64,000 nt of DNA from Cercozoa sp. M6MM (lineage: Eukaryota > Protista > Endomyxa: Ascetosporea), in NCBI GenBank assembly GCA_040357565.1, contig JBDODJ010000009.1, one strand, 5' to 3'. Positions 10,997 to 22,327 of the stretch are shown here, piece after piece (position 1 is the first letter of the stretch; every line of letters starts with the position of its first letter). Below the pieces are notes generated by a model. It made no database searches. It saw nothing but the letters and a program-made list of their open reading frames with translations, and was not told the DNA's origin. Position numbers and translations under genes: made by a program.

Positions 10997-13900
10997 ACAT
11001 GCCGGTGTGTCTTGCAGCACGCGCACTGTGGCCACGGTGAGCGAGTCGTATGAATGGATGCTGGGCACCACGCCGTCGCCTGTCGATGTACCCATGTCTG
11101 GATTTGTATATATCGTGTTCGGTATAGTACATGTTTGACAGGAACTCGGCTGCTACACGTTCACGGTCAAGTACACCTACAAGACCAGCGAAACGTCGGA
11201 GCCGTCGGCCGCGACCTCGCAGGTAGCTGCCTGCCCGCCTGTGTGTCGCGTGTGTGTGTGCGTGTGTCTGTGTCTGTGCGTGTGTGTACTCTCTGTGTAT
11301 GATGTCTGCTGGTGATAGGTCTGCTTTAATCTGCCGTCCATTGCCGGTGTTGGCGCCGTGGCAATGTCTTACGACGAGCCGGACATGAACGTGACGTGGA
11401 CTCCACTGGCGTCGGTGCAGCCGCACACCTTTACGAGCTACACGGTGCGCATCTACGACGACCCGACGGCCACTGCCGATCCGACAACTGACACTCCCAT
11501 TCACACCGTCGCTGTGTCTGACATTGCCACGGTACATCCTCTGTTTGCGTAAGTTCACAATGCATATATTGTATATGCACGCCTGCAGGGCTTTGTGATC
11601 GCGTCGATGAGTCCCGGTTGCTACATTGCCACGGTGTCAGTCACCGTTGAGACGGTACATTATGAGAACATCTGGTGTCTGGTGTCGTCGCTCCGTGTGC
11701 ATTTTACCCTTCTGTGTAAGTACAGTTTGGCGAGACGGCCCAGAGCGCGCCCTCTCCTCATAAGTGTTTCGTTGGCGACGTGCCGCTGCTGAATCTGGCG
11801 GCTGACAACACGACGGGCACCTCGCCGGGTTTCAGTGTCTCATGGGACGAGCCGGCGACGAGTGGTGGCGAACGCTTCAAGAACTACATGTTCGAGGTTT
11901 ACGACGGCCCTTCTCCGTTCGGCCCCGTTTTCATTGAGGACGCCACGGTAGTGTTGACTGCTCATCTGTTATAAAAGTGAAATGCTGGTTGCTGGAAAAT
12001 TGCGCAGAGCACGAGTTACTTTGTGCCCATCGACGATGCTGCCAAACTCGGCTGCTACACGTTCCGCGTACACTCTTTGTGTGACCCTTCGGACCTGCGA
12101 TGCATTTAACATATTGCTCATTTATTCAGGTGAACTACACGGAGACCCTGGGTTCCAAGGAGTACGTGTACCCGTACTACGTGCGCTCGTGCATCAGCCC
12201 GCCGATGCTGGATGCTGTCATGCCGACTACTTCTGTGGTATAACACCTCTTTTTCGAACAAACATTAATGTGTGAGACTACAAGCTTGCGTGTTGACAGG
12301 AGAACGACCTCATCACGGTGCACTGGGACGGCCCGTTCACTTCTACGCAGTTCGAGGGCAACTTCACGTCCTTCCGGGTCGAGATGCTGGACGCTACAGG
12401 AACTCTGACCCTCGCGACAGGTGCCACGAAAGGCAGCTACACTGCCGTGAATGACAAGCTGCCGCTGCTGGCGCCGAACTGTTACAAGGCACAGGTGACG
12501 GCCGATTTTGGCGGCTTTGGCAACACGACGTCGCAGTTGTCGGCGCCGGTCTGCCACGGTACAGCAGCTTTTGTTGGTTGTTTGTGCCTTTGCGTGCTCC
12601 AAGTCACAGTGGTTGCTTGACAGGCAAGGCACTGGGCCAGCCTGGTGTGGCTCTAGACACGGACATGACGGCAGTCATTGTGTCCTGGGACATTGCGTCG
12701 GCTCAGATTTCGGTACCCCCGCTGCCGCAATGCCTTGTGTTGCTTGCTGATACAAACGTGTGTGTGCGTGCTATGTGCAGGCCGGTGGTGCTGTGACGCA
12801 GTTCTCGGTGCGTCCGACGTCGCACCCTGCCGGTGCTGTTGCCACGCCTCGCACTGTGTCGAATGACTCGGCCACTTCGTTCCAGTGGAACATGGTAGCT
12901 CATTATAATGGGTGTGTGTGTGTGTGTGTGCGTGTGTGCGTGTGTGCGTGGGTGTGGGCTCACTGATTATCACTGGTCGGCGCAGACATCGACGGACGAG
13001 TTTGGCGTGTTCACGTTCGAGGTGATGTACACGTACGCCAGTGGTGAGACGTCGGCCTGGTCGCCTGCGTCGCAGAACATCACGTTCTCGCCGCCTCCGT
13101 CCGTCACGGGCCTTTCTGTGACGGCCGCCGACAATGCTAGTAGTGTCTCTGTGTGGCTGTGTCTTGTGTATTTTGTGGCTAATCTGGTACATGTGTGTGT
13201 GCGTGAGTGTGAGTGTGAGTGTGTATGTACGTGTACGTGTATGTGTGTGTGTAGACCCGGGACCGAACTCGCGTTTCAACGTCTCGTTCGACGAGAGTGC
13301 GCTCGGCGCGTTCAAACTGGCGTCGTAAGTGATACTGTGCACTGACTGGTAGGATGAAAACACTTTGTTGTCACGCAGGTACGACGTCGTGTTTGGCAAT
13401 GGCACCAACCTGCCGCCTGCTCTGTCGTACGAGTACACGAGCAACTCGGTCGCTTTTACGGTACATGCCATTGGCGATTGAGTGCAACCATTCGTGCCGT
13501 GTATCTGTATCACTGTACCTGTATCACTGTGCATGTGCGGTGCACGTAGGGCCTGCCACCTGGCTGTTACACGTTCCGCGTGCGCACCCTTGCCAACGAC
13601 TTCGGTGTTGTGGCGGTTTCCGAGCCGTCGCAGGAGGTATTTCTCTTGGCAGTATTGTGCTATTCACTGCACGTTTGCGCAGCACTGCTTCGCGCCGACG
13701 CCGAAAATTGTGGCGGCGACTGCGCAAAACGACGCTCCGCCTCGCTTCCAGATCGACTGGGCCCTTCCGAGTGACACCTCGCGCATCGAGCGTGTACCCT
13801 ACCATATACAGTTGTGCGATTGTCAGTGTGCTTGGACTGCCTTGTGGTGTAGTCGCGCATCATCCCGTCGGCCTCGTCGCAGAACTTCAACACTGTGGCC

Positions 13901-14154
13901 GACATTGAGGGTACAGCACGTGCTATGTACAGATACAACATACAAACAATCTGATGTGTGCTCCTGCAGGTGCCGTAACGACGAGCTCGTGGAACCTGAC
14001 GATGGCCTCGGACATTGGCTGCTACGAGTTCAAGGTGCAGTACATGTACGGCCTGGACGGCAACAACAACCCGGTCTGGTCGGCCGAGTCCGATGAGTCT
14101 GCGACCGTGTGCTACGAGGCCCCTGAGGCTGTTGGTATGTTCTCAGAGTATATG

Positions 14155-14202
<48 letters not shown>

Positions 14203-14212
14203 NNNNNNNNNN

Positions 14213-14260
<48 letters not shown>

Positions 14261-15637
14261 CAGCGCTTTGTAAACTGTATGTGCAGGTGCCGTCTCGCTG
14301 ATGGCCACGGACAACAACGACCTGACGGCGACCTTCCAGGCCACTGCTCCGGCGCTGCGTCTGGGTGCCGCTGGCACACCGGGCGAGCTGGGGCCCTTCA
14401 CGTTCCTGCAGGTGCGTTATGAAATCGTTGGTGACGCCACCGAGCCCGAGCAGAACGTCACGTCGATTCAGGTGCTGGCATCACTATATATATATATATC
14501 TAAGTATATATATATATCTAAGTATATATATATATCTAAGTATATATATATATGTTTGTGTGTGTTTGTGTGTGTGTGCAGCCGGTGAACTTTGTCAAGG
14601 GACCGAGTTGTTTGACTGTTCAAGCCACGTACACCTTTGCGCTGTTCGGTGAGCTGGTGACGGCCACGACGGCATCTCCCGTGTGCATGGGTCCCAAGCC
14701 GATTCTTCCTGCTGCTGTGGTACCTACACTTTCCGATGTCCTGTCCCCTGTACTCTTACTGCATGTGCGCCTGGGTAGTTGATGTCGGACAAGACGGCGT
14801 TCAACGTAAGCTACCAGTTGCCGACGGAAGGTGTGGAGTCCGTGCAGATCGAAGCTGCGCTTCCGGACTCGGGCACGAGGTATTCTTTGAAACATAACCG
14901 TGGCTTGTGTGTTATTTGTCTTTGTTGCTCGTAGCGTGCGCACTGCCGGTGCCGTGAGCGAGTCGTACGAGTGGGTGCTTGGCACCACGGGATCGCCTGT
15001 CAATGTACCCTCGACCTGTGCTTGCTTGTGTGTGTGTGTTGTGTTGTGCTATGCATACACACACGATGATGGTTGACAGGAACTTGGGTGCTACAACTTC
15101 ACGGTCAAGTACACGTACGCCGGTAGCGAAACGTCGCAGGTGTCAGACGTTACGTCCGAGGTAGTCATTGCACCTGCTGTGCATGTGCTCGTGTTTGCAG
15201 CACCATTAACTGGTGTCTGCGTCTGTTGCAGGTCTGCTTCGCACTGCCCGCCATTGCTGGTGTCGGCACCGTGAGCATGTCGTACGCCGAACCGACAATG
15301 ACAGCGTCGTGGACGCCGGTGACCTCGGTGTTGCCGCACGCGTTCACGCAGTACTCGCTGCGTCTCTACGATGACTCGGCTGGCACGGCCGATCCCTCGG
15401 TCGACACACCGGTGTACTCGTACGCCATCACCGACATCGCTCAGGGATCGCTGGACGTGCCAATCGCTCCTGGTTGCTACGTGGCTACTGTCGCCATTGC
15501 CGTGAGCAAGGTATGTGCACAAACAATGTGAACACCTGTGTGTCTGTATATGTTAATCGATTGTGCAGTTCGGCGAGACGGCGCAGAGTGCCAAGTCGGC
15601 ACAGGAGTGCTTCGCTGATGATGTATGTTTATCGCAT

Positions 15638-15674
<37 letters not shown>

Positions 15675-16101
15675 GTCTAAGTTTTGTTTTCTCACAGGTC
15701 AAGGCACCGACGGTGGTGAAGCGCACCGACCGACCGGCCTTCAACCTGACGTGGGTGGCCGATGCCAACCTGACCAACATCGTGGCCACGAACCTCAAGT
15801 GGAAGCAGCTCTCACCGAATGTCAACTCTGGCACTATTAACCTGGGCGGCGACGTGCGCGAATATGTCTTTGAGTTGGCAGCGATGGCCAACCTGGGTAC
15901 CTTTGAGTTAGTGTCTGGAGAAGGCCAGAGCAAGAGACTGTTGTGGTTGTGTGCCTGCAGGCTGCTACACGTTCGAGGTGGAGTACGAGTGGAACAATGG
16001 CGACGACGTCGCGCCTGGCACGTCTTCGTCGTCGCAGTGCTTCCTCCTGCCCTCTGGTATGCAGCCTACCGTATTCAGCCTACCCCCGTCTACTAACTGA
16101 A

Positions 16102-16174
<73 letters not shown>

Positions 16175-17588
16175 ATCGATACACGCAATGTGGACAGGTG
16201 CGTCTGCGCCTTCGATGTCGTACACGCCGACGCAGAGCGACTCTGTACCCGACATGATCGTGTCGTGGACGCCTCTTGTGGCCAGTACGCACTCAACACT
16301 CACCTACATTGGTGCCTTTTGTCGTGAGTGAAACGAGTTTGTTGTGTGCAGCATCGGCCGACATGAAGCCGTTCCAGTTTGCGCAGTACGTGGTGAACGT
16401 GTATCAGGGCGAGACGGACGGCGGTGCCCTTGTGGGCAGCACGTCGGCCATCACCGACATCACAGTCGGCACGGCCGATATCACCGGTACTGTTTGACAC
16501 ACGTCTCCCTGGCCATACATATATATATATATATATGTACACCGTTGTATGTGTATGTCCAACAGGTATCATTGGCAGCATGACGGGCTGCTTCTCGGCC
16601 AAGGTGGCCTCGCAGGTGTCGACCTACGGCACGCTCGCCGAGTCGTCGCTGTCGACCAACGCCCTGTGCTTCCAGGTGTGTAGTGTCCTGGGAACGTCGA
16701 TTTGCATGTATTTGCCGACATGGGTATGTTGTGTGCAGGGACCGAATCCGCCGACGGCGTCGGTGTCGGTGCCAAACGCAGCGTCACCCAACGTGCTGCG
16801 TGTGGCACTCAGCACGGGCAGCAACTTTGTGCGTCCCGACCTGCAGCCGTACTTTGCCTACTTTAACGTGACAGCCAAGTACTCGACCACGGGCGAGGCC
16901 TTGTCGCCAGCGGCGGTGCTGCCGGCGGCGGCCGATGACACGACTGCGCACGTTGATGTGACCTTCGATCGTCCTGGTACCAACGGCACATGCACTCGGT
17001 GTGAGGGATACACTATTGGTTGCGCTGAGCAGGCTGCATCGAGACCGCCACGGTGACGAATCAGTTCAAGACGTCAGCTCCTACGACACTCGGCAGCAGC
17101 AACGCTGACAACTGGTACAGCAAACTGTGGTTGTAGTCAGTGTTCGGTGTCTCGGTGTCTGGCACACGTGTACCTGTGTTTGTCTGTGTGTGTGCAGTGT
17201 GCATGCGCCCGAGTTCCCGTCGGTGCCGGTGGTCACGACGACGCGTGCTGGTGGCGAGGATGTCTTTGTGGTGGCGTGGAGCCTGCTGACGAAGAGTGCC
17301 CCGACGTCATCGATCTGGTTCTCGCTGCGGCACTATGTGGACGGCGTGCAGATCGCCAACTCACAGGTCGTTGACGGCGCCGATCGATCCGTTCAGGTAA
17401 AGCCTGTCTCCTCTCCCTGTGGACACAGTGTGTGCATTGATGCCATGCAGGTGCCTCTGCCGATGGACACGCCGGGTCGGCACGCCTTCGAGGTGGTCGC
17501 CAGCACGGCCATCGGCACGTTCGTGTCGTCGCGTAGCGACGGCGGCGACGTCAGTGCTGGCGTTCTGGTACTGCACACATCCCCCGTG

Positions 17589-17636
<48 letters not shown>

Positions 17637-17736
17637 NNNNNNNNNNNNNNNNNNNNNNNNNNNNNNNNNNNNNNNNNNNNNNNNNNNNNNNNNNNNNNNN
17701 NNNNNNNNNNNNNNNNNNNNNNNNNNNNNNNNNNNN

Positions 17737-17784
<48 letters not shown>

Positions 17785-18708
17785 CATGATTGGTGGTGGT
17801 GTGGGACTGCGCGCAGGCGGCGTGTCGTTGTCGTCTGTGACGCCGGTGACTGCGGGCGGGCTGATCACGGTGAAGTTCGTGCCCCCGATGCGTCAGGATG
17901 CGAACGCCGGCGACAACGTGCGCACGCTGATCGAGCTGTACAACAACACGGACGCCAGCGACGTTTTCGAGTCGGTCGAGGTGCCGCTATCGGCCGCCAC
18001 CAACGGTAGCACTGCCCTGTTGTCAGAGCAATATACTTCGTGGTGTGAATATGCTTGTTGTTGATTGAGCACAGATGCCATGGACTTTGTCGTGGCGGAC
18101 GCGCTCCAAGGCAACTGCTTCTTCGTGCGTCTCACTGTGCTGTCGCCCTTCCAGCAGGTACGAACTTGGTCGCGTTGTTGTGTGTGACTGTGACTGATGA
18201 TGTTGGCATGTGTTTCTCTGTTTGGTGTGTGCAGGTTGAGGGTGATGATGTCGTGGACTACAACGTCGATGAGGTGTGCCTCACGGTGCCTGTCATGGAC
18301 CAGACGCCGGTACCTTGCTCTGCCTGTGTGGCTCATGCTCGTGTGTGCATGGTTTGTGTGCGTGTGTAGGCGCCAAAGATCACAGCCGCCATTGAGTCGC
18401 TTGAGTACATCGTGCACTGGTACGGTTGCCCTTGTGTTTCAAATGGAAAGGAGGCATTGCCATGTGTGTTGTGCAGGAACATGCCGCTGAACTCTGATCG
18501 CGTGCCGATCACGAAGTTCACGCTTGGCGTGCGCAACCGCGAGAGTTCAAACGATCCATACCAGCTGGTAGCTCCCTTTTTCTCTGGCCTTTCTCTTTTA
18601 TTGCTGTGTGTGTGTGTGTGCAGGTGCACTCGGTGGATGTGACCGATGCCAACCGCGGTCAGGTAGTGCCCTCTGAAAGTGCATGCGATAGATGCTTTGT
18701 ATGTGTGT

Positions 18709-18752
<44 letters not shown>

Positions 18753-19024
18753 TGACAGAGCCAGTGGACGTGGCAAGGCGGTCCCGTTGTGCCCTCAGAG
18801 ATTCGGTATATCCCTGTCTATATGTGTACTCATAGGCATAGTATGGGTATCAACACGAGTATGAATGCGCAGCTGTCCCGTGGTGATGGTGACGTGGACG
18901 ACGGTGCTTGGCGAGACGGGGCAGCATCCGATCATCGACACGGTATGCTTTGAGGGTCCGCAGAACTTTGCCGCACCGAGGTAAGTCCCTTCCCGCACCT
19001 GTCCTAGTGTGCAGCCTCGTGTGT

Positions 19025-19067
<43 letters not shown>

Positions 19068-19329
19068 TATGTGTATGTGTATGCGTATATGTATGTGTGT
19101 GTGTATTACCTGGTGCAGTGTGGCCGTGTCGGACGCGACGCCACCGGTGCTGACGCTGTCGTGGATCACGCCGACGACGGAGCTAGGCGACACGCAGCTC
19201 GTCGATTTTGAGGTGAAGCACCAGGCCAGTGACGGCAGCGAGGAGGCGCTCGTGCAGGCCAACATCGATAAGTCGATCACGTCCTTCAACATCGATCTTA
19301 TCACTGGCGCGCATACCTGGTATCTTTTA

Positions 19330-19383
<54 letters not shown>

Positions 19384-19393
19384 NNNNNNNNNN

Positions 19394-19442
<49 letters not shown>

Positions 19443-21893
19443 CTGATGTGCCTGCAGGACTGACGGCTGCCACCGTTTCCGCATCGTTGCCGTGACTGAT
19501 GTGGTATGACTCCCCTGTGTGTGTTAATGTTGGTGGTTTGTGTATACGACTGTGTTTCGAGCAGGTCAACCAGTTGTCGTACTCGGGTAGACGCGCACCT
19601 CTCTCTCTCTATCATGCTCAGTGCAGTTTATCGGAACATATGCTGTGTGCAGGCGATACGGCCGAGCTGTGCTTCCGCCGACCGAAGAAGGAGTCGTCGC
19701 CGCAGCTCGACATCCCGGACGGCCGCACACTGGTGATGACCTGGGACGCGCCCGACGAGGACTACTCGTCGCTGCCGCTCACGGTACCAGTGCTGTGCGT
19801 GTGTGTTTGTGTGAAGTTTCATATGTGTGTCGATGTGTTCTGTGGGGAGCAGGGTGTGACGGTGGAGCTGGGCACCAGTTCGAAGGACATTGGCGTGACC
19901 ACGTCCTACACCACCGACCTGTCCGACGTCGTCAACTCGCTCGTCAGTGGTGTGTCGCATCTCTCTCTATATATATATATATATATATTGTGCACGTATC
20001 GATGTGCGCCCGGCGTAGGACCTGAGTGCGACGTGCCCTTCTCTGTGCTAATCAAGAACGCCTACGGTGCTACGCGCAGTGGTACCGCCTTTTGTTGTGT
20101 CCCTGTATCCTTTGGGGGGGGTTTTGGGTATACGCTGCTGCGCACAGGTGCGTCGACACTGTGCCTGACGCAGCTGTCGTGGCCGTCGTCGGCCGCCGTT
20201 GTTGTCACGCGACCCAACGGCGACAACCACACGGACGTATGTCCGCATGCATAAGCACATGCACATGCAGGGTCAAGTACATGTCTGGTCTTGTGCGCAG
20301 AGCACGGTCAACTGGGTGCCGCTTCGCAGCTCGGGTGCTGACGTGTCGGACGTGCCGCTGCGCGCCTTCCAGGTGCTCAACGTCACGGTGGACAACACGA
20401 CGCAGGAAGTGATCGACACCACTGTTGTACTACAGGCCAAGCACTCTCGCACTGTGTTGGTTTTATGTTGACTTGTTGTGCAGCTGCTGGAGGAGACCAA
20501 CACGACGGCTACGACGGCGTACGTGCCGCTGAGCGACAACGAATGCTACCAGCTCGGCGTGCGGGCAGGTGTGTTCTTGTCTCTGTCTCTGTCTCTGTGT
20601 CTGTATGCGTGTGTTTGTGTTTGCACAGTGACGCACGTGCCAGTGTCGAGGGCGATCGATCTGAGCTCGCCGATTCTGCTGGCGCCGTCGGTGCAGTGCG
20701 GCCGTGTCGTGGATGTGCCGCCCAAGACTGAGGTGCCTCGCCTTGTCTCCAGTAATGTGTTTGTGCATTGCTGTACCTGCACAGGCCGCTCGCGTGCTGT
20801 TCCACTTTGTTGGCTTGCCAAGCGATCTGCCTGCTCGCGAGGATGGTAACTTGGTCCCTGTGTTACTGTTTGATCAATGAACGATGTGTCTGCAGAGTGG
20901 AAGTTCCGAGACGCCCTGCGCGAGGATTTGCTAAAGCTGACGCCGCTCGTGGAGGGACAGGTCAAGGTGCTCGAGGTCAACCTCAACTTTGAGAACGCCG
21001 GCGCACTTCTCCTGTCCGGAAACACGGGTAAACCACTGCCCTATACTGTGTCTGCCTTTGTGTATTGTATCTGTCGGTATGTTTGCAGTTGATCGCGCGC
21101 TGGTGCAGTTCGAGCGCGTTGCTGATGTCGATAGCGCCACCATGCACCCGGAGCAGGTACGTTGCTGTCGACTTGTCGGTCTGCGTGTTAAGCTGCACCG
21201 AGACACGCACGTGTTGGTGTAGGTTTTCGAGCGCATCACTGAGCTCGCGCAGCAGGGTGCTTTCACCCCGTCGAACTCACAGGTAGTTTCGTGTGTTGTT
21301 GTTCTCTCAATTGTGTATGACTGTGCTGATGCGCGCACAGCTGCTCTGGGCTATCGACAGCGGACGTTTCGCTGACCAGGTTCGTTCTGTGTTTGCATCA
21401 TAGTGTGTTGTGTGTATCGCACTGCGCTATGGTATTCTGATGCACAGGAGCCAACGTACGTTGATTCCGTTGCGCGCGAGCCGTCACCTCCTGAGCCACC
21501 TGCAGTCGTCGAAGGTACTTAGTTGCTGGACGGTGTATGAGGTAGGCAGCTGACCGATATGTGTGTTTGTACAGAGGGTGGCTCATTCCCATGGTACGTG
21601 CCGGTGATTATCGTCATCTTGCTGGCACTCGGCGGCTTCGGCTACTGGAAGTTCCGCAAGCAGAAGGTACACGCTCGCCAGTTTTTATTTCCTGTGTGGT
21701 GTTATGTTATCTCGACTTCGTTGCGCGAGTAGGAACAACGCGATGTCTCTGTTGAAATGGGCGGCTTCACTGCCGAGAATGACGAGGACGTATGCTCCAT
21801 CTAGTCTACCGTTGAGCTCTTGAAGTTGCCATCGATCCTTTGTGTGTGTGTGTGTGTGTGTGCGTTCAGATTGTGTTGCCGTCGGAACTGTAA
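7775..21893 (+). CDS. Giant type I membrane protein: signal peptide, ~25 FN3-like repeats with a GCY...C Cys pair, SEA-like juxtamembrane region, one TM, short acidic tail
   Basis: MRLLSALVALTT|AAQA signal peptide. Repeats of ~90-100 aa with V/T-S-W and (G/N)CY-x-F-x-V ... C-F/H/V. TM WYVPVIIVILLALGGFGYW followed by KFRKQK; tail ...ENDED|IVLPSEL*. Roughly 80-90 short GT-AG introns keep an open frame wherever traced. Confidence 0.85.
7871..15620 (+). repeat. Intragenic tandem duplication of an 8-domain block (~7871-11780 vs ~11781-15620)
   Basis: Paired peptides in the same order: DNTSGSSPGFQVSWD/DNTTGTSPGFSVSWD, APNCYKAQVTA, YTYASGETSAWS, ASDIGCYEF, DNNDLTATFQATAPALRLG, FGETAQSA. Confidence 0.9.
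10907..10995. repeat. (CA)n microsatellite in an FN3-gene intron (example of >25 CA/TG tracts in the window)
   Basis: Direct observation; similar tracts at e.g. 14157-14258, 16104-16172, 17592-17782, 37442-37638, 40030-40120, 48775-49020, 56264-56494, several flanking N gaps. Confidence 0.95.
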
Positions 21894-22019
21894 GCGAGCG
21901 GCCTGACTCGCTGGCACAGTGAAAGACGCACTGCCAGCGGAAACCAACACCGTTGTACTAGCACTGTCTCACGTAGCGGAGCTCGAGTGTCGCTACGTTT
22001 CTACATAAATAGTTCGTTG

Positions 22020-22327
22020 ATTTAGTCTGGGAGCCGGGTAGCCCTTCTTTTGAGTACAAGGGAAGCCTCGAGCAAGCTTCCAGTACTTCCGCTCAATAAA
22101 ATTACCCGGACTGATGCACGGGAACGACTTAGTTGGTTTCCTATAAGACTCAACTAACTCACTATCGTAACTACCTTACGGTATATTAACTGACGTGAAG
22201 TCATGATGATACGATGCACGCCTCAATTAAAGTTGGGCAGTGGGCCATGGGCTTGTGACCCACCTCAAAACTGGTGAGGGAAACTGCATCGTTGGTCTCT
22301 AAGTCGACTGAACTAACTAGTATTACA
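22020..22327 (+). repeat. Dispersed 3'-intergenic element, tandem copies B (core 22104-22160) and C (core 22255-22320)
   Basis: B: ACCCGGACTGATGCACGGGAACGACTTAGTTGGTTTCCTATAAGACTCAACTA. C: GTGACCCACCTCAAAACTGGTGAGGGAAACTGCATCG...GACTGAACTAACTA. Both align with 2458-2540. Confidence 0.6.

Noticed and set aside
10784-19615. ORFs with HTHTHT / CVCVCV / YIYIYI runs
   Set aside because: Translations of intronic CA/TG/TA microsatellites, not proteins.
22203-22312. C/D snoRNA (ATGATGA ... CTGA)
   Set aside because: No convincing terminal stem or recognisable rRNA guide; boxes not both conserved in the other copies.
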